NCBI RefSeq assembly: GCF_003918875.1
Contig: NW_025765137.1
Location: forward strand, 186,001-250,000
Reading direction: 5' to 3'
DNA from: Haliotis rubra
Lineage: Eukaryota
Length of the DNA: 64,000 bases
Shown: one piece after another, positions 63,001 to 64,000 of the stretch
How the letters are laid out: each line of letters starts with the position of its first letter
Numbering within the stretch: the stretch's first letter is position 1
Translations under genes and position numbers: made by a program
The notes under the pieces: generated by a model
The model's input: the letters and a program-made list of their open reading frames with translations, nothing else
Told to the model about the DNA's origin: nothing
Databases searched by the model: none

Positions 63001-64000
63001 CACTCCAGTGATCAACATCATTTGCATTGATCTCTGCAAATGAGATACAATCAGCTAGCCTGACCACCCAATCCCATTAGTCATCTCTTACGACAAGCAT
63101 GGGTTGCTGAAGACCAATTCTAACCTGGATTTCCCCCTATAGTCATTGTGGGATGTTGCCCATATTATCGACCACTGGTCCAGTCCAGATTTTCCCTCTA
63201 ACAGACCACTGTCATAGAGCTTGAATATTTCTGAGTGTGCCATTAAGGATAAAACAATCAAAAGAAGCCCTGAAGACATCCTCTCACCTGGAAATCTGCA
63301 TCCTTCCCTGCTTCTGATCCGTCTCCAAGGAATGCCATCCTTGGCGGTGTAAGGTCCACGACAAAGCCATCAGTGGAGTCGTCGATGCTGCCAAGGGCAT
63401 TGTTGACAGCCCGCAACTTTGTCTTGATGACATCACGATGACTCAGATGGAAGTTGTGCCACTCGACCTCACTCATGTCCTTTGAGAGTGTTCTCCAGCT
63501 CCTCAAGATCTCGAAGGCGTCAGACAGGTTCCTGGAGGAGAGTCAAGGTCAAAGAGACACCCATTAAGATTTAAACATTAAATCATACAATATATTTCCA
63601 TGCTGCAAAATGTTCGAACCAAAATGTTTCCCCAAAATAATTGTTCACTGGACATGGTGGATGTCTTGAATGTTTTGTTGTGTTCAAGAAAAGAACCCCA
63701 GAAATGGGCTCCACACATTGTACCAATGTGGGGGGAATCGAACCCGGGTCTTTCGGCATGATGATTGAACACTTGAACCACTAGGCTACCCCACCGCCCC
63801 AAATGTCGATCAAGTAATCAACACAAACCTTGCCCTGAGTACTTCCACGGCATATTCTCTGATGCTAGACTCTGGGTCGGAGTAGCCCCTCCATTGAGTA
63901 GCCACTGTCGCCACGTGTTGGCTGTATGCTGTGTCGGTGAAGTTCGCACGTCGTCCATCCACCACCTCTCCAGCCACTGGAGGGGTCAGGTCAACAATCA
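23708..64000 (-). CDS. Giant single-pass membrane protein (FN3-like repeats, GH16-like insert, ZU5/GAIN-like domain, 2 cadherin-like repeats, 2 EGF, TM, cytoplasmic tail); 5' end lies outside the window; 45 exons, about 2,770 aa here
   Basis: Hand-spliced model; every intron is GT-AG and all phases are compatible. Exons: 63829-64000, 63288-63531, 62593-62710, 61591-61760, 60659-60818, 59457-59654, 58646-58879, 57549-57708, 56532-56767, 55921-56051, 54975-55128, 54647-54868, 54191-54284, 53818-53938, 53229-53374, 52222-52355, 51218-51481, 50498-50776, 49812-49960, 47325-47466, 47057-47160, 46497-46700, 45723-45897, 44505-44776, 43952-44107, 43276-43501, 42288-42448, 41013-41333, 40090-40258, 39257-39459, 38440-38620, 37410-37580, 36338-36745, 35489-35788, 34955-35046, 34235-34394, 33503-33620, 29911-30115, 29394-29567, 28497-28710, 27472-27784, 26955-27057, 26050-26076, 25623-25745, 23708-23920 (stop TAG). 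The cytoplasmic exons are the least certain. Confidence 0.88.
24671..24887 (+). mobile_element. Retroposon family B
   Basis: Starts GACCCGTGAAG; TSD TCATAATTCAG. Confidence 0.88.
25096..25362 (+). mobile_element. Retroposon family B (duplicated-core subfamily)
   Basis: TSD CTATTGTACGAG (25084-25095, 25363-25374). Confidence 0.92.
27472..27784 (-). CDS. Giant protein, exon 41: EGF, calcium-binding EGF and transmembrane helix
   Basis: YTCACAPGWTGSRCEQDVDECFSSPCSWPYTCYNDVNRYYCAC...WMIGLIVLAVILLVIISVLAWYIFMVKRG; acceptor tgcag, donor gtaagt. Confidence 0.9.
27855..28040. repeat. About 29-bp tandem repeat related to the exon 40 donor region
   Basis: Units catgttcagtcgttctgaac(t/c)tacat; the same unit overlaps the real donor at 28473-28496. 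Confidence 0.7.
28041..28280 (+). mobile_element. Retroposon family B
   Basis: Starts AACCCATGAAGATC; diverged core. Confidence 0.85.
28303..28463 (+). mobile_element. Penelope-like element terminal fragment with minimal hammerhead ribozyme core
   Basis: CTGATGA(28393)-GGGC/GCCC stem-GAAACGTTG(28419-28427), then AAAGAAGTTG..CCATAA tail; 13-bp flanking duplication AAACATGAACATG (28290-28302, 28464-28476). Confidence 0.7.
28497..33620 (-). CDS. Giant protein, exons 37-40: two cadherin-like (bacterial Ig/Big_9-type) repeats and start of EGF1
   Basis: NDPP...EED...LSGVDPDGD...NGLLTFTPALNYYGTFTVPV...VTADNDAP...AYDVD...PGNGTL...FQYIPDTGYTGYDEV...PCQNDGTC. Confidence 0.85.
29143..29380 (+). mobile_element. 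Retroposon family B
   Basis: TSD TCAATATCCT(A/T)ACC overlapping the exon 39 donor. Confidence 0.88.
30258..33502. repeat. About 20-22-bp C/A-rich intronic satellite (sense strand GTGAGTAGGGGCTGGTG(ATG)GT) starting at the exon 37 donor
   Basis: Units CCAGCCCCTACTCACACCA(TCA/CA) over 3.2 kb; the centre is degenerate. Confidence 0.95.
34235..40258 (-). CDS. Giant protein, exons 29-36: last FN3-like repeats, RKKR furin site, ZU5/GAIN-like domain
   Basis: DGFYVDTTPP, YQWSIGTTPGG and YDFCVGS, then GNTRKKRA, ITVQTPDGMMPG...MPGPLTVTFPF...LLHWDP..QKW....TC...ITVKVC...SHETLFVV. Confidence 0.85.
34446..34612 (+). mobile_element. SINE family A
   Basis: Full-length match. Confidence 0.88.
37005..37215 (+). 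mobile_element. Retroposon family B
   Basis: Starts AACCCGTGAAGATC. Confidence 0.85.
38648..38911. repeat. Perfect intronic tandem duplication, period 134 bp
   Basis: 38648-38777 matches 38782-38911. Confidence 0.9.
39033..39160. repeat. 12-bp minisatellite, about 10 units
   Basis: a(a/g)gtacaatacc repeated. Confidence 0.8.
39538..39866. mobile_element. MITE (possibly PIF/Harbinger-like)
   Basis: TIR GGCCAGACCAAATTTATTTCTTGTTTTAC / GTAAAACAAGAAATACAATTGGTCTGGCC; flanks TTA and TAA. Confidence 0.75.
41013..44776 (-). CDS. Giant protein, exons 24-28: ConA-fold/GH16 (lichenase-like) domain inserted in an FN3-like repeat
   Basis: GGEYEFSIKSAKGDGKVVTSVLFWDGP and DLNIDPSASYHAYSINF...VHMDGELI...IP...TKLYMGVWN resemble GH16 lichenase strands by eye; no EIDIE motif. 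Confidence 0.65.
41563..41776 (-). mobile_element. Retroposon family B
   Basis: Sense start GACCCGTGAAAATCC at 41776. Confidence 0.8.
42883..43148 (+). mobile_element. Retroposon family B (duplicated-core subfamily)
   Basis: TSD TCTACTGATCAAC (42870-42882, 43149-43161); inserted in an older antisense B copy. Confidence 0.92.
45106..45419. mobile_element. MITE inserted in a retroposon remnant
   Basis: Imperfect TIR CCGTTCAGTATTTATGGCTAGTGGGG / CCCCACTAGCCATAAATTATGAACGG. Confidence 0.7.
45723..64000 (-). CDS. Giant protein, exons 1-23 in window: tandem FN3-like repeats
   Basis: Recurrent unit (V/I)D.TPP..G.V.DG...D.D.Q......W.GF.D.ES.I..Y...VGT.PGG......L.....YY.TV.A.N.AGL.....SDG, e.g. IVDLTPPVAGEVVDG, GFVVDQTPP, YYVTVKATNGAGL, YYEVAVGT, YDWAVGTTPGG. 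Confidence 0.9.
46304..46470 (-). mobile_element. SINE family A
   Basis: Full length; flanked by a cataatcatgtaag duplication. Confidence 0.88.
48075..48497. mobile_element. PIF/Harbinger-like MITE inside an older SINE-like element (about 47715-48620)
   Basis: TIR GGGCGCGTTGTTCAGC / GCTAAACAACGCGTCC, CTG TSD; the host carries CAGGTACCCATTTTCTGCTGGGTGAACAGAGG and an (AAT)n tail. Confidence 0.7.
49134..49531. mobile_element. Tc1/mariner-type MITE
   Basis: TIR TACTACTCACACTTTGCTAAGGATCA / TGATCCTTAGCAAAGTGTCAGTAGTA, TA on both sides. Confidence 0.8.
49585..49805. repeat. About 75-bp tandem repeat, 3 copies, abutting the exon 19 donor
   Basis: gatttat(t/c)gtgattgaa(t/c)ggtgatttct(t/c)acac.attgttttactaaatacatgtg repeated three times. 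Confidence 0.85.
52638..53053 (+). mobile_element. Retroposon family B interrupted by a family A SINE
   Basis: Starts GACCCGTGAAGATC; the tail resumes after 53018. Confidence 0.88.
52841..53008 (-). mobile_element. SINE family A nested in a family B element
   Basis: TSD TATAGCTGGA (52831-52840, 53009-53018). Confidence 0.9.
55531..55699 (-). mobile_element. SINE family A
   Basis: Full-length match. Confidence 0.85.
60129..60475. mobile_element. MITE with hAT-like termini
   Basis: 15-bp TIR CAGGGCTCCAGATAA / TTATCTGGAGCCCTG; no clean 8-bp TSD. Confidence 0.65.
61010..61185 (-). mobile_element. SINE family A
   Basis: Full length with a long (GAGT)n tail. Confidence 0.88.
61993..62159 (-). 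mobile_element. SINE family A nested in a family B remnant
   Basis: TSD ATCAACAATATGA (61980-61992, 62160-62172). Confidence 0.9.

Overview
Eukaryotic, intron-rich, repeat-rich DNA. The SINE types and gene content point to a gastropod mollusc, probably an abalone (inference, not verified). Two protein-coding genes are supported, both on the minus strand. (1) An alpha-1,3-fucosyltransferase (GT10) with a single coding exon at 392-1646, whose signal-anchor and catalytic frames are offset by a frameshift. (2) The 3' part of a giant single-pass membrane protein gene (23708 to beyond 64000), reconstructed by hand as 45 phase-compatible GT-AG exons encoding about 2,770 aa in this window. Its architecture is about 14 FN3-like 'DxTPP' repeats, one interrupted by a lichenase/GH16-like domain lacking the catalytic EIDIE motif, then a furin site, a ZU5/GAIN-like domain with an H-E-T-x-F candidate autoproteolysis motif, two bacterial-type cadherin-like repeats, two EGF domains, a TM helix and a tail with NxxY-like and PxxDY motifs. 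The rest is mobile and repetitive DNA: about 30 copies of a tRNA-derived SINE; about 15 copies of a headless retroposon with a fixed, structured, covarying 5' end (candidate ribozyme or promoter RNA); a Penelope-type hammerhead remnant; MULE fragments; several MITEs (one only 48 bp, one nested pair); a 3.4-kb 32-bp satellite with higher-order structure; and a 3.2-kb intronic satellite made of amplified 5' splice-site sequence. No CRISPR array, rRNA or genuine tRNA gene was found.
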